64,000 bases of DNA from Candidatus Anderseniibacteriota bacterium (GCA_021414205.1 JAIOOW010000003.1:195370-259369); one strand, 5' to 3'. Counted from the first letter of the stretch, positions 49,352-58,119 are shown. Notes: a model not told the origin generated them from the letters alone. A program made the numbers and translations.

Positions 49352-50536
49352 ATGACTACTAAATACATTGCAATATACGCAGGGCTCGCAGTAATAATCG
49401 TAGCAAGTGTTAGTTTGTTATTTAGCCCATTTCGGCACTATCTCGGACTCACAACGTTTACTGCAAAGGATAAAAGTGGCCCATGTCAAAATGCTATTAA
49501 CGTGAAAGATTACGGTGCAAAGGGTGACGGCTCCGCGGATGATACAAAGGCTATTGCTGATGCATCTACGGCAAGCAAGACGTCCGTGCGAGCATCTGGA
49601 GCTATTAATGCATATATTGGTTCTTCTGACCCAATATGCTTTCCAGCAGGAGATTATAAAATTTCAAACGAGCTTGCATTGAAGGCGTATGCAAATATTT
49701 ATGGCGAAGGAGACGTAAGGATTACTCAGTCATGCGCTTCCTGTAATATTTTTGTATTCCGTGGCGGGTATACGATTACGCTTCGTAATATACATTTCAT
49801 TGGTGGAAAAAATCAGATATTTTTTGAAAATAACAATACCGATACTACTACGGTAGCAATTGAGAATAGCCAGTTTGAGTCAGCGAATGATTATGCCATC
49901 TATACAAATGGAACATCGGATGGGCATTTGTCCGCAGAAATTTCAATCTATGCTTCAAAATTTATTAATTCCAGAAAAGTAATGAGGAACGTAGCGGATC
50001 ACGTTATCATGCGCGACAGTTCGATTGTAGTAAGTAAAAATAATTTTGATGCAAATTCCGGCGCAATTTGGAACCGAGAATCAAGCTCGATATTTTTCAA
50101 TAATGTTACGGCAACCGCAAACTTGAACGGAGTGTCTCAGGTAAGATGGGTAGATAATAACGGAAACTTTTTCGTGGACAAGAGCATCTTTGCAGGAGAG
50201 AATGGCGGGATTCCAATTGTGTATCAATTTGGCGCGCCGATAACGGCATATCCGTTTATGGGAAAATCCGTTGTTATTCGAAACTCTAAAATTTCCGCAG
50301 GTTCAGATACGGTTATCGTGTTAAAAGAAGCAGTGCCGCAATTAGTACTCATGCAGGGGAATACCTATTCCGCAACGCATCATGTATTTTCAGATGCGGC
50401 TAGCCTGGCAGGGTATATAGATGCTGTAAATAAAGTGATGCCGTTATCGTTAAAGACTCAAGCATTTAATATTCAAGTTGAAGATGTGTCGCAAGCAAAT
50501 GTGCCTGCCGCTCTGCAAAGTTTTGTAAGGAAATAA
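49352..50536 (+). CDS. secreted beta-helix (pectate-lyase-fold) protein, paralog of upstream gene
   Basis: NVKDYGAKGDGSADDTKAI; ICFPAGDYKIS; collinear similarity with C-terminal half of 47289..49346. Confidence 0.65.
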   Translation: MTTKYIAIYAGLAVIIVASVSLLFSPFRHYLGLTTFTAKDKSGPCQNAINVKDYGAKGDGSADDTKAIADASTASKTSVRASGAINAYIGSSDPICFPAGDYKISNELALKAYANIYGEGDVRITQSCASCNIFVFRGGYTITLRNIHFIGGKNQIFFENNNTDTTTVAIENSQFESANDYAIYTNGTSDGHLSAEISIYASKFINSRKVMRNVADHVIMRDSSIVVSKNNFDANSGAIWNRESSSIFFNNVTATANLNGVSQVRWVDNNGNFFVDKSIFAGENGGIPIVYQFGAPITAYPFMGKSVVIRNSKISAGSDTVIVLKEAVPQLVLMQGNTYSATHHVFSDAASLAGYIDAVNKVMPLSLKTQAFNIQVEDVSQANVPAALQSFVRK

Positions 50537-50540
50537 AAAA

Positions 50541-50755
50541 CCTAGTGATTGTTCTATAATTAACGCCCCGCAACGGAAACCAATTACAGAGGCCAATCAC
50601 TAGGCCGTATGCTTTCCCGACACTCTTGCGACTTTCGGACGAGCCCGTAGGTGATGGAGAGCCGATCACCAGCCAGTAGGGGGAATTCAATCTGACTGTG
50701 TGGGCCTATGCATTTTCTGGGAAATGCACCTGTATACGTCTGCTTCGCAAGAGTG
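50541..50755. ncRNA. structured RNA-like element of unknown class (nested long-range helices and hairpins)
   Basis: Perfect 11-bp inverted repeats CCTAGTGATTG/CAATCACTAGG (50541-51/50594-604) and CACTCTTGCGA/TCGCAAGAGTG (50621-31/50745-55) plus internal hairpins. Confidence 0.3.
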
Positions 50756-50898
50756 CCGGGGTAAGTTTCAAAGAACAAATCTGATATCTCTTATTTTATG
50801 CTTCATATGGGAAAGTACAATATTTGATAAAAATAGAGAAATATCGTATATAGGATGAGGAATTAGCACAGCACATTTCACGTTTGAAAGGCAATATA

Positions 50899-51357
50899 AT
50901 GTATGAACGCTTCACTGATCGCGCTAGAAAAGTGATGAAGCTTGCTGAAGAAGAGGCTCGTCGGATGCGGCATGATGCTGTTTGCCCGGAGCACGTTCTG
51001 ATTGGGATTATTAAAGAGCGGCACGGACATGCTGGCAATGTGTTGCGCGATCTGGGGGTTACGTTGGAAGATCTCCAGGCTGATGTTGAAAGAGTGCTGC
51101 CTGCTTCTGGTGACCACGAGATAACAGAGATAATACCCTTGACGCCAATTGTAGAGCAACTCATTGCATATGCATGGGAAGAAGCAGAGCTTCTTGCTCA
51201 TACGTATATCGGGACTGAGCACTTGCTATTGGGGCTGATTCGTGGACATCATGGTGCATCGTATGTATTGCGTGAGCGTGACTTGCCGGAAGAAAAGATT
51301 CGCGCACAAGTGAGAATTGCTCTCGGGTGCGACGAGGCCCCTGCTTCTTCCGAATGA
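50899..51357 (+). CDS. standalone Clp N-terminal repeat domain protein (152 aa)
   Basis: MYERFTDRARKVMKLAEEEA...YIGTEHLLLGLIRG; two Clp_N repeats only. Confidence 0.75.
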   Translation: MYERFTDRARKVMKLAEEEARRMRHDAVCPEHVLIGIIKERHGHAGNVLRDLGVTLEDLQADVERVLPASGDHEITEIIPLTPIVEQLIAYAWEEAELLAHTYIGTEHLLLGLIRGHHGASYVLRERDLPEEKIRAQVRIALGCDEAPASSE

Positions 51358-51372
51358 TATTAAATGATGTAT

Positions 51373-51406
51373 CCGCTCGAACGATGTTTCGAGCGGTTTT
51401 TATTTT
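51373..51406 (+). terminator. rho-independent terminator
   Basis: CCGCTCGAA-CGATG-TTTCGAGCGG then TTTTTATTTT. Confidence 0.55.
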
Positions 51407-51663
51407 GTGTCCAAAAGGTGAGAATTAATTGGAACCGAATAGTAGAAGAAATATCACGGTTTGCAGGCATTTACCTGCGTTCTACACTTAGGGCGCAGAA
51501 TATATAAGGAATTTTAAGCGTGGGCTGGAAAAATTTGGAACCATTCACTAACTCCTCATTTAGCCTCACGAATATGAATTTCTGTTGTTGGCACTAGGGG
51601 AGGACATTAACGAGTAACTTCGATATAGACAGGCCCAACATACAAGCATAGGCTGATATTGAT

Positions 51664-53052
51664 ATGCACAAGCTAATTATCTACCTGGATCAAAATTTCA
51701 TTAGCGATATTGCTAAGCAGTCTTTAGAAGACAAAAAAGATAAAGTAAAACCTCTTTTAAAGGACTTCTTTGAAGTCATAAAAAGTGGCGTAGATAACGA
51801 ACAATTTGTATCTCCTGACAGCTGGATTCACAAAATAGAAACAGCAGCAGAGAATGATCCAGAATTGCAGGAAGCGATACATAGCTATCAAGGCTATTTA
51901 GGGCAAATATCTTTTACGTTACCCCAGGAAATTCAAAAGACTCAATTCGAGAAAGCAGTCCTGAGCTATTTTAATATTCAGCCTGTCGACAAGGAAGATT
52001 GGAAAGAAGCTTTTAGGGAAAACCCTGATAAGCGGATGGAAAACTATAAGATCGATATACTCATGGATATTGGCAATTCCCTTGCCGTAAGCGCAGCAAC
52101 TATACAGAATTTACAAAAAATTCGTGAAAGTGGAGTAAGTGAGAAGGTCCAATACAAAGCGGAAATTGAAGCTAGTAGAAAACACTATAAAGAGTTAATA
52201 CGCAGGGATTTCTTGCCCATACTCGAACAGTACAGTATTAGTATCGAACAAGCAGAGGAATTTATTGATTCTAATGAATTCACTCAGATACCTAATATTG
52301 ATATCTTCTGTCACCTTTGGAGTAGATGCCTTGCCGATAAAGGTCGCAAGACGGGGGTAGAAGGTGATTACAATGATATCCAGTTACTCTCGACATATCT
52401 TCCCTATTGCGATCTCCTTGCCACAGACAACTACATGAAGACGATGGTTAAGGAATTTAAAATAGATCAGCAATATAGCTGCCAAGTTATATCAATGAAA
52501 GAAGGTGAATTAAATGAAGCTATTGATTTTCTAGAGCAGGAACAAATAGAAAGACCCCCAGCTAACCAGAGTTTATTTTCTGTTTTATGCACCAAGGCTA
52601 ATGAAATACAGGCTTACTCTGTAGAATTCTTACGAAAGCTCAGTTTAGCATCAAACAAATTTCACAGAACGGGAAAGTACTGGAATAAAGAAGTGTATAC
52701 TGAGGTTTTTCTCGAGTTCTCAGGCAAAGAGAATATTGATCGAGCAGACCCAAAAACTGTTTTAGAAGCAGGGCCAGCTGTTATTAGTCCTAGCCAGTGG
52801 ACAGAGCTGCAAATTTTTAATTCTGGTTTTAAGAGTATTGAAAACACTACGGACAAAACTCCTTCAGAACTCATAGAAACTATACCCACACACCTCCTTG
52901 GACCAGCTACTGCGATTTTACCCGAGGGTTCGGTCTTTGACGAAGACTTGCGTGAGCACGACAGTGATCTTTTTTATGATATTGAGGACGCTGTAGAAAA
53001 TAAACGAAGTAAAACAAAAAAGTATTCTATCGATATTATTCACAATGATTAG
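51664..53052 (+). CDS. hypothetical protein, AT-rich island gene A (462 aa, no recognisable domain)
   Basis: Long ORF with clearly lower GC than flanks; no SD; overlaps gene B by 8 nt. Confidence 0.7.
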   Translation: MHKLIIYLDQNFISDIAKQSLEDKKDKVKPLLKDFFEVIKSGVDNEQFVSPDSWIHKIETAAENDPELQEAIHSYQGYLGQISFTLPQEIQKTQFEKAVLSYFNIQPVDKEDWKEAFRENPDKRMENYKIDILMDIGNSLAVSAATIQNLQKIRESGVSEKVQYKAEIEASRKHYKELIRRDFLPILEQYSISIEQAEEFIDSNEFTQIPNIDIFCHLWSRCLADKGRKTGVEGDYNDIQLLSTYLPYCDLLATDNYMKTMVKEFKIDQQYSCQVISMKEGELNEAIDFLEQEQIERPPANQSLFSVLCTKANEIQAYSVEFLRKLSLASNKFHRTGKYWNKEVYTEVFLEFSGKENIDRADPKTVLEAGPAVISPSQWTELQIFNSGFKSIENTTDKTPSELIETIPTHLLGPATAILPEGSVFDEDLREHDSDLFYDIEDAVENKRSKTKKYSIDIIHND

Positions 53053-54850
53053 AACTGAGTTACAAAATTATCTTGAAGGATTAGAAACAAGCAAGGACAT
53101 GCTTGACGAGGTTGAAATTGGCCAAGAAATTAGTAAAATCCTTAAACCAAAAAATGAAAAACTTACAAACGAAGAAGAAATTGCAGAGTATATAGCATTT
53201 CACTTCCTACCAAAATATCCCGATACTCAAACTAGCTGGGGTACTTATTATGGGCCGTTATACATATTGCCAAACGAGAAGGGTCAATACTCTGAGTTTC
53301 CTAGTATACAGGGTGTGAATACAAAGACTCTTGAGTATTGGGAAAATAGAGCAAATCAATCTCAGAATCCATTATTGGTAGGCCGGTACGCAGACCTTGT
53401 TTTTGATTTGAGCGCCAAGATAAACAGTAGCGAAAATATTAAGTATCAAATGGCACGGAAAGTTATTGATTCCACAATTACCATTTGCGAACAAGGGTTA
53501 GCCGATAGCTTAGATTCCAAACAAAAGCTTGAGCGTGCTCTTTCTTTATCGAAACAGATCAATGATAAAGATAGAATTAATAAGATTAAAGAAACAATTA
53601 TTAATACTGAAAGAAGACTTGCAGAAGATACCAAACCAGGAACTTGGGGCTATTCGTTTGAATGGTTAGTACTTCACCGTGACCCCAAAGTAGTCCTGAG
53701 CGAGGAGGAGGAAAAAATGATAATCAGCAGCCTAGCGGAGAGACTAGAAAGGCTAACCAACACAGAAAGCTCTGATCCCTGGAAAGTAGAATGTGCGGTA
53801 AACCTTCTTGCAGACTTTTATGCCTTAAAAAAAGATGAAGCCTCTTTAAATGACGCTTTGAGCAAATTAGAACAATCTTTTAGATCTAATAGTCGTGCAA
53901 ACTCAGATGGTCTGTTGCTAGTTAATTACCTGGAAAGACTAAGAGAAGTGTATTCTCGATATTTACAATTTCAGTTCGCGAAAGATGCAATGGACAGAAT
54001 AACTGCTGAATTGAGTAATGTAGGCAGTAAGGCAAACTTTGACATGAAGGAAATCTCGGCCGAAGTGAAAGTAAAACAAGAGGACATAGACAGATTTCTG
54101 TTCTCAATTTTTGGAGATGATAAAGATAACAAAAAAGAAATTGAAGAAGTTGTCAGCAGATTAGTAGTCAGTTTTGTTCCAAAAAAAGATGAATTAGAGA
54201 AGCAATTTAACGACCCGAATAAACAATTTATCTTTCGACAACTAGGATCAAATATGATCGTTTCCGATAAAGATGGTTTCCCTATAGCGAAGTTTGGCCC
54301 CGTGAGTGAAGATTATGATAGCCATTTAGGACAGTATTTTTCTGAAAACCTACATTTTCAATCAGTCTTTTTGAATTTGTCCTTTGTTGAGCTTAGGAAA
54401 AAGTATACTCCTGAATCTTTATATGAGTTCATGGGATCCTCAGCACTCTTCCTGCCAGAGGACAAGGATTACATATTAAAAATATTAAACGCGTTCTGGA
54501 ATAAAGATTTTCTATATAGCGGTGCTTTAATGGTACCCCTAATCGAAGACACAGTTAGAAACGTCTTTAGGATAAATAAATTGTCATTTATAAAACCTAA
54601 CAGTAATGCTGGCTATGATGTTCTTCCCTTATATGACCTATTAAACCATGGTGTCATTAAAGCAATATTTGGAAGTCTCGGTGAAAACATTGAGTACTAC
54701 TTTAAATCCCTGCTGACTTCAAGAATAGGTTGGAACTTGAGAAATAATTTTGCGCATGGGATAAACAAGAACTATTTCGCTAGTCCGAACGTATCGAATA
54801 GGCTCTTGCACGTATTGCTTTGTCTTTCTCTCATTAGAAAAAATAAATGA
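53045..54850 (+). CDS. hypothetical protein, island gene B (601 aa) with C-terminal HEPN-like Rx4H motif
   Basis: C-terminal ...RIGWNLRNNFAHGINKNYF (R-x4-H, Abi_2/Swt1-type HEPN signature) after ~500-aa helical region; AT-rich. Confidence 0.7.
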   Translation: MIRTELQNYLEGLETSKDMLDEVEIGQEISKILKPKNEKLTNEEEIAEYIAFHFLPKYPDTQTSWGTYYGPLYILPNEKGQYSEFPSIQGVNTKTLEYWENRANQSQNPLLVGRYADLVFDLSAKINSSENIKYQMARKVIDSTITICEQGLADSLDSKQKLERALSLSKQINDKDRINKIKETIINTERRLAEDTKPGTWGYSFEWLVLHRDPKVVLSEEEEKMIISSLAERLERLTNTESSDPWKVECAVNLLADFYALKKDEASLNDALSKLEQSFRSNSRANSDGLLLVNYLERLREVYSRYLQFQFAKDAMDRITAELSNVGSKANFDMKEISAEVKVKQEDIDRFLFSIFGDDKDNKKEIEEVVSRLVVSFVPKKDELEKQFNDPNKQFIFRQLGSNMIVSDKDGFPIAKFGPVSEDYDSHLGQYFSENLHFQSVFLNLSFVELRKKYTPESLYEFMGSSALFLPEDKDYILKILNAFWNKDFLYSGALMVPLIEDTVRNVFRINKLSFIKPNSNAGYDVLPLYDLLNHGVIKAIFGSLGENIEYYFKSLLTSRIGWNLRNNFAHGINKNYFASPNVSNRLLHVLLCLSLIRKNK

Positions 54851-54869
54851 CGAGGACTTTATAAGCCAG

Positions 54870-55142
54870 ATGACCGAAGTAAAAGGTAAGATCAAGGCAT
54901 TGGAATTATTACAATCGGAATATTAGTCAGAACAGGATGATTTTGAAGAACTTATCACAATTGCTTTTGATGCACTTAAAAATCCGCTCAAGAGTTGGAA
55001 TGATCTAAAAGATACAAGAAAAAAAGTGCGGTTCGAACACTTTGTGTATCCTGGTGGCTTAGAATATGATGGAAAATCCTTGTCGAATCACGGAATTTCG
55101 CTTCTTGTGTGTTTATTTGCTACTGTTTCCGCTCAAAGGTAA
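54870..55142 (+). pseudogene. gene remnant interrupted by in-frame TAG (codon 19)
   Basis: Single frame reads MTEVKGKIKALELLQSEY*SEQDDFEELITIAFDALKNPLKSWNDLKDTRKKVRFEHFVYPGGLEYDGKS... with one internal stop at 54924-26. Confidence 0.35.
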
Positions 55143-55168
55143 AAAGTCGAACAAGCAATTATAGGAAA

Positions 55169-55240
55169 GTCCGGGGAATAGGAGTTGAACCTATCTAGAG
55201 GGATTTACAGTCCCTTGCATAGCCGATCTGCCATCCCCGG
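55169..55240 (-). tRNA. tRNA-Tyr (GUA), class I / archaeal-eukaryal type (5-nt variable loop, C1-G72)
   Basis: Manual fold: acceptor CCGGGGA/TCCCCGG, anticodon arm AGGGA-CTGTAAA-TCCCC, variable TCTAG, T arm ATAGG-TTCAACT-CCTAT, discriminator A; D stem only 3 bp. Confidence 0.7.
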
Positions 55241-55315
55241 TGGAGCCAGCTGTCGGAATCGAACCGACGATCTTCTGTTTACAAAACAGTTGCTCTACCA
55301 CTGAGCTAAGCTGGC
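55241..55315 (-). tRNA. tRNA-Thr (UGU)
   Basis: Acceptor GCCAGCT/AGCTGGC, anticodon loop TTTGTAA, T arm GTCGG-TTCGATT-CCGAC, encoded CCA. Confidence 0.85.
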
Positions 55316-55362
55316 ATATATACAAAACTGGCATCTGCCAGCGTTTCGTATACTATGAATAT

Positions 55363-56442
55363 ATGACAGAAAAACAAGAAATAATCAACCGTTTGCAGCA
55401 CAATTTGGCTGAAATCATCACACCGGAGGAATTTGAGGGGCTTATTACTAGAATTGAATCTGGCGAAAAAGTGACCCATTATATTGGGTTTGAAATCTCC
55501 GGATATGTCCATATCGGGCAGGGGATTATGTCTGCGCTGGTGATAAAAGACCTCCAAGCGCTTGGGGTGCAGTGCACTATTTGGTTGGCAGATTGGCATA
55601 CGGCCATTAATCATAAGTTAGATGGCTCAAAAGAAACGGCCGCGAAGATTGGTACAGGATATTTTACGGAAGCGATAAAAGCGTGCCTGATGGCCGTTGG
55701 CGCTGATATGGAAAAAGTAGAATTTCGATTGGCTAGTGAGTGGTATGCAAAAGATGCTATGGGATACTGGAATACCGTCATGAGCGTAGCGCAGAACACG
55801 ACACTGGCGCGCATTCAGCGAAGCATCAGTATTATGGGGAAAGAGGCAGGCGAAGATGTGGAAATGGCAACGCTGTTTTATCCTGTAATGCAGGTGGCAG
55901 ATATTTTTTATCAAGACATTGCAATTGCGCATTCCAGTATGGATCAGCGCAAGGCGCACGTAGTGATGCGAGATACGGCAAGTAAGGTAATGCCGAATAA
56001 GCCGAAGCCTGTAGCGCTGCATCATGCATTAATAGATAGTCTGACGGGCGATAATAAAATGAGCAAATCAAAACCGGATTCTGCTGTATTTGTTCATGAT
56101 GATGCTGAAAGTATTTCTGTAAAAATTAAAAAAGCATTCTGCGAAGAAAGAAATATTGAAAAGAATCCGATTTTAAACTGGACGAAGAATATTTTATTCT
56201 GGTCCCGCACGGCGCCATTTACTATTGAGCGAGAAGAAAAATTTGGTGGAAATGTTTCGCTTGCTTCGTATGAAGAACTAGAAAAAGCATTTGCAGCAGG
56301 TGGTGTGCATCCAATGGATTTGAAAGCTGCCGTTGCTAAAGAAATTATCGCGCTTCTGAAGCCGGCTCGCGATCATTTTGCGAAACCGGAAATTGCCGAG
56401 ATGAAAAAAGAATTAGACGATGTCATCACTAAGCGAGGATAA
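55363..56442 (+). CDS. tyrS: tyrosine--tRNA ligase, archaeal/eukaryotic type
   Basis: HIGH-like YIGFEISGYVHIGQ, YPVMQVADI, KMSKS, EKFGGNVSLASYEELE, HPMDLKAAVA; collinear with M. jannaschii TyrRS; ORF trimmed to ATG 55363 (track ORF runs over the tRNAs). Confidence 0.85.
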   Translation: MTEKQEIINRLQHNLAEIITPEEFEGLITRIESGEKVTHYIGFEISGYVHIGQGIMSALVIKDLQALGVQCTIWLADWHTAINHKLDGSKETAAKIGTGYFTEAIKACLMAVGADMEKVEFRLASEWYAKDAMGYWNTVMSVAQNTTLARIQRSISIMGKEAGEDVEMATLFYPVMQVADIFYQDIAIAHSSMDQRKAHVVMRDTASKVMPNKPKPVALHHALIDSLTGDNKMSKSKPDSAVFVHDDAESISVKIKKAFCEERNIEKNPILNWTKNILFWSRTAPFTIEREEKFGGNVSLASYEELEKAFAAGGVHPMDLKAAVAKEIIALLKPARDHFAKPEIAEMKKELDDVITKRG

Positions 56443-56686
56443 TAAAAAGGATATTGCGCAAGCGGAGCTAGAAAAACTCTCTGTAAAAATTGGCCAACGC
56501 TATACTCACTATAAAGGCGGGGAATATGAAGTGATTGCGCTGGCACTCAAAGAAGATACGTTAGAGCCGCTAGTTATTTACCAGGCACTTGGCCATGGCG
56601 GAACGGTGTGGGCGCGGACGTGGGGTGATTGGAATGCGGATGTGCAGTGGGAGGGGAAAGCGGTGAAACGGTTTGCATTGCTATAA
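56420..56686 (+). CDS. DUF1653-like small protein
   Basis: RYTHYKGGEYEVIALA...EPLVIYQ pattern typical of DUF1653. Confidence 0.55.
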   Translation: MSSLSEDNKKDIAQAELEKLSVKIGQRYTHYKGGEYEVIALALKEDTLEPLVIYQALGHGGTVWARTWGDWNADVQWEGKAVKRFALL

Positions 56687-56796
56687 ATTTTCCATAACCG
56701 AATCTCGACATATTTAATGGAAAGCGGTACTGTAAACGGTCCGCGCACAATTTCGTGACGCGGTGTTCATTTGATCTGTAAGAAGAAGGGCTCGAC

Positions 56797-58101
56797 ATGT
56801 TTCAGTCTTATGAAGACGTTCCGTCGTTGCGGCAGAGGATTTGTGATGGTAACTTTTTGGCGCCTGATTACAAGGGGCACTGCATTACCAGGATTCCGGA
56901 GCTCGTTTCCATTCTCTTCGGCTTGGAGAGCAGAAGTCATCAGGACTTGTTCATGAGGGATGATGTGATCTTGAAGCTGAATGGCAATCCGCAAAATATC
57001 GTGCTGTTGACTATCGATGCCATCGGATACGATGCATGGAATCGATGTCGTAGGGATGTGGGGTTTATGAGGCGCGTTGTTGAGTGCGGCAATGTGATAC
57101 CGCTTACGTCGGTATTTCCTTCTGAGACCGCGGCGGCGCTCACGACGATTAACACAGGGCTCACCCCTCGAGAGCATGGGCTATTGAGTATGTTGATGTA
57201 TTCAGACGAGCTTGCTCGGCCGATTCAGACGCTTCGATTCTGTCCCAGTGAAGGGTATGGGGCTGATCAGCCTGACTATTTTGCGAACCAGAGCGTTGAT
57301 CCGAGCGTGCTTTTTTCTAAGCGTTCGGTGTGGGACGATTGGAAGAGCAAGGGCATCGATACCTACCGAGTTGTGCCTACTGGATTTGTGAATAGTTCAT
57401 ATACGTGCCTGACACAGCCTAGTAGTTCGCCGGTTTCGTACGATTCATATGCAGAGCTTGCGGTGAATTTGGCGAGGGTGGTGAACGATTCGACAAGGCG
57501 AACGTTCGTGCATGCATATGTTCCCAATTTGGATATGTGCGCACATAGGTATGGTCCATATAGCGATCAGTGGGATATCGAGCTGAGAATGCTCATGCTC
57601 GCGCTGGAGCGATGTGTTGAGATGATTGATCGAGAGCAGGCCAAGAACACAGTGTTTTTGGTTGCGGGAGATCACGGACATGTAAATCTTGATCCTCTGG
57701 GGTGCGTGATGATTAACGACTTCGTGAATGTTGACGAAGTATGTGCGACAACGCAAACCGGGAGCGTGATTTATCCTTGGGGGAGTCCTCGTTGCATGTT
57801 TATGAGAATCCGTAACGAATGTTTCGAGAGCGTTTTTAATGCTCTGAGTGCCGCATTGCAAGGCGTTGCGATGGTGGAATTTTCTCGTCAAGGTTCTTAC
57901 CTGTTGGGGCCATGGGGCGATCATCCCAAGCTGGAGAATCGTTTCGGTGATATCTTTATTGTTCCTTTTAATGACCGGACAGTCTGGTACAGGAGAAAGG
58001 ATAAAGCTTTTGTCCAGAAGTTTGGCGGACACGGAGGCTTAACTCCAGGAGAAATGCTAACGGTGCTCGGATTCGCAAACATGTCGGATTTGAAAGTGTG
58101 A
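56797..58101 (+). CDS. alkaline-phosphatase-superfamily protein (type I phosphodiesterase/nucleotide pyrophosphatase-like)
   Basis: LLTIDAIGYD, SVFPSETAAALTTINTGLTPREHG (nucleophile region), LVAGDHGH. Confidence 0.65.
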   Translation: MFQSYEDVPSLRQRICDGNFLAPDYKGHCITRIPELVSILFGLESRSHQDLFMRDDVILKLNGNPQNIVLLTIDAIGYDAWNRCRRDVGFMRRVVECGNVIPLTSVFPSETAAALTTINTGLTPREHGLLSMLMYSDELARPIQTLRFCPSEGYGADQPDYFANQSVDPSVLFSKRSVWDDWKSKGIDTYRVVPTGFVNSSYTCLTQPSSSPVSYDSYAELAVNLARVVNDSTRRTFVHAYVPNLDMCAHRYGPYSDQWDIELRMLMLALERCVEMIDREQAKNTVFLVAGDHGHVNLDPLGCVMINDFVNVDEVCATTQTGSVIYPWGSPRCMFMRIRNECFESVFNALSAALQGVAMVEFSRQGSYLLGPWGDHPKLENRFGDIFIVPFNDRTVWYRRKDKAFVQKFGGHGGLTPGEMLTVLGFANMSDLKV

Positions 58102-58119
58102 ACTGAGAAAGTGGCAAGT

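Noticed and set aside
51407-51663. att-type direct repeat of the tRNA-Tyr 3' end marking the island boundary
   Set aside because: Only short imperfect matches (TTGGAACC twice; AACTCCT) were found. I could not identify a convincing duplicated tRNA segment, and no integrase gene is present.
55240-55362. N-terminal 41 codons of track ORF 55240..56442
   Set aside because: This stretch reads through tRNA-Tyr and tRNA-Thr on the opposite strand. The TyrRS homology begins at ATG 55363.
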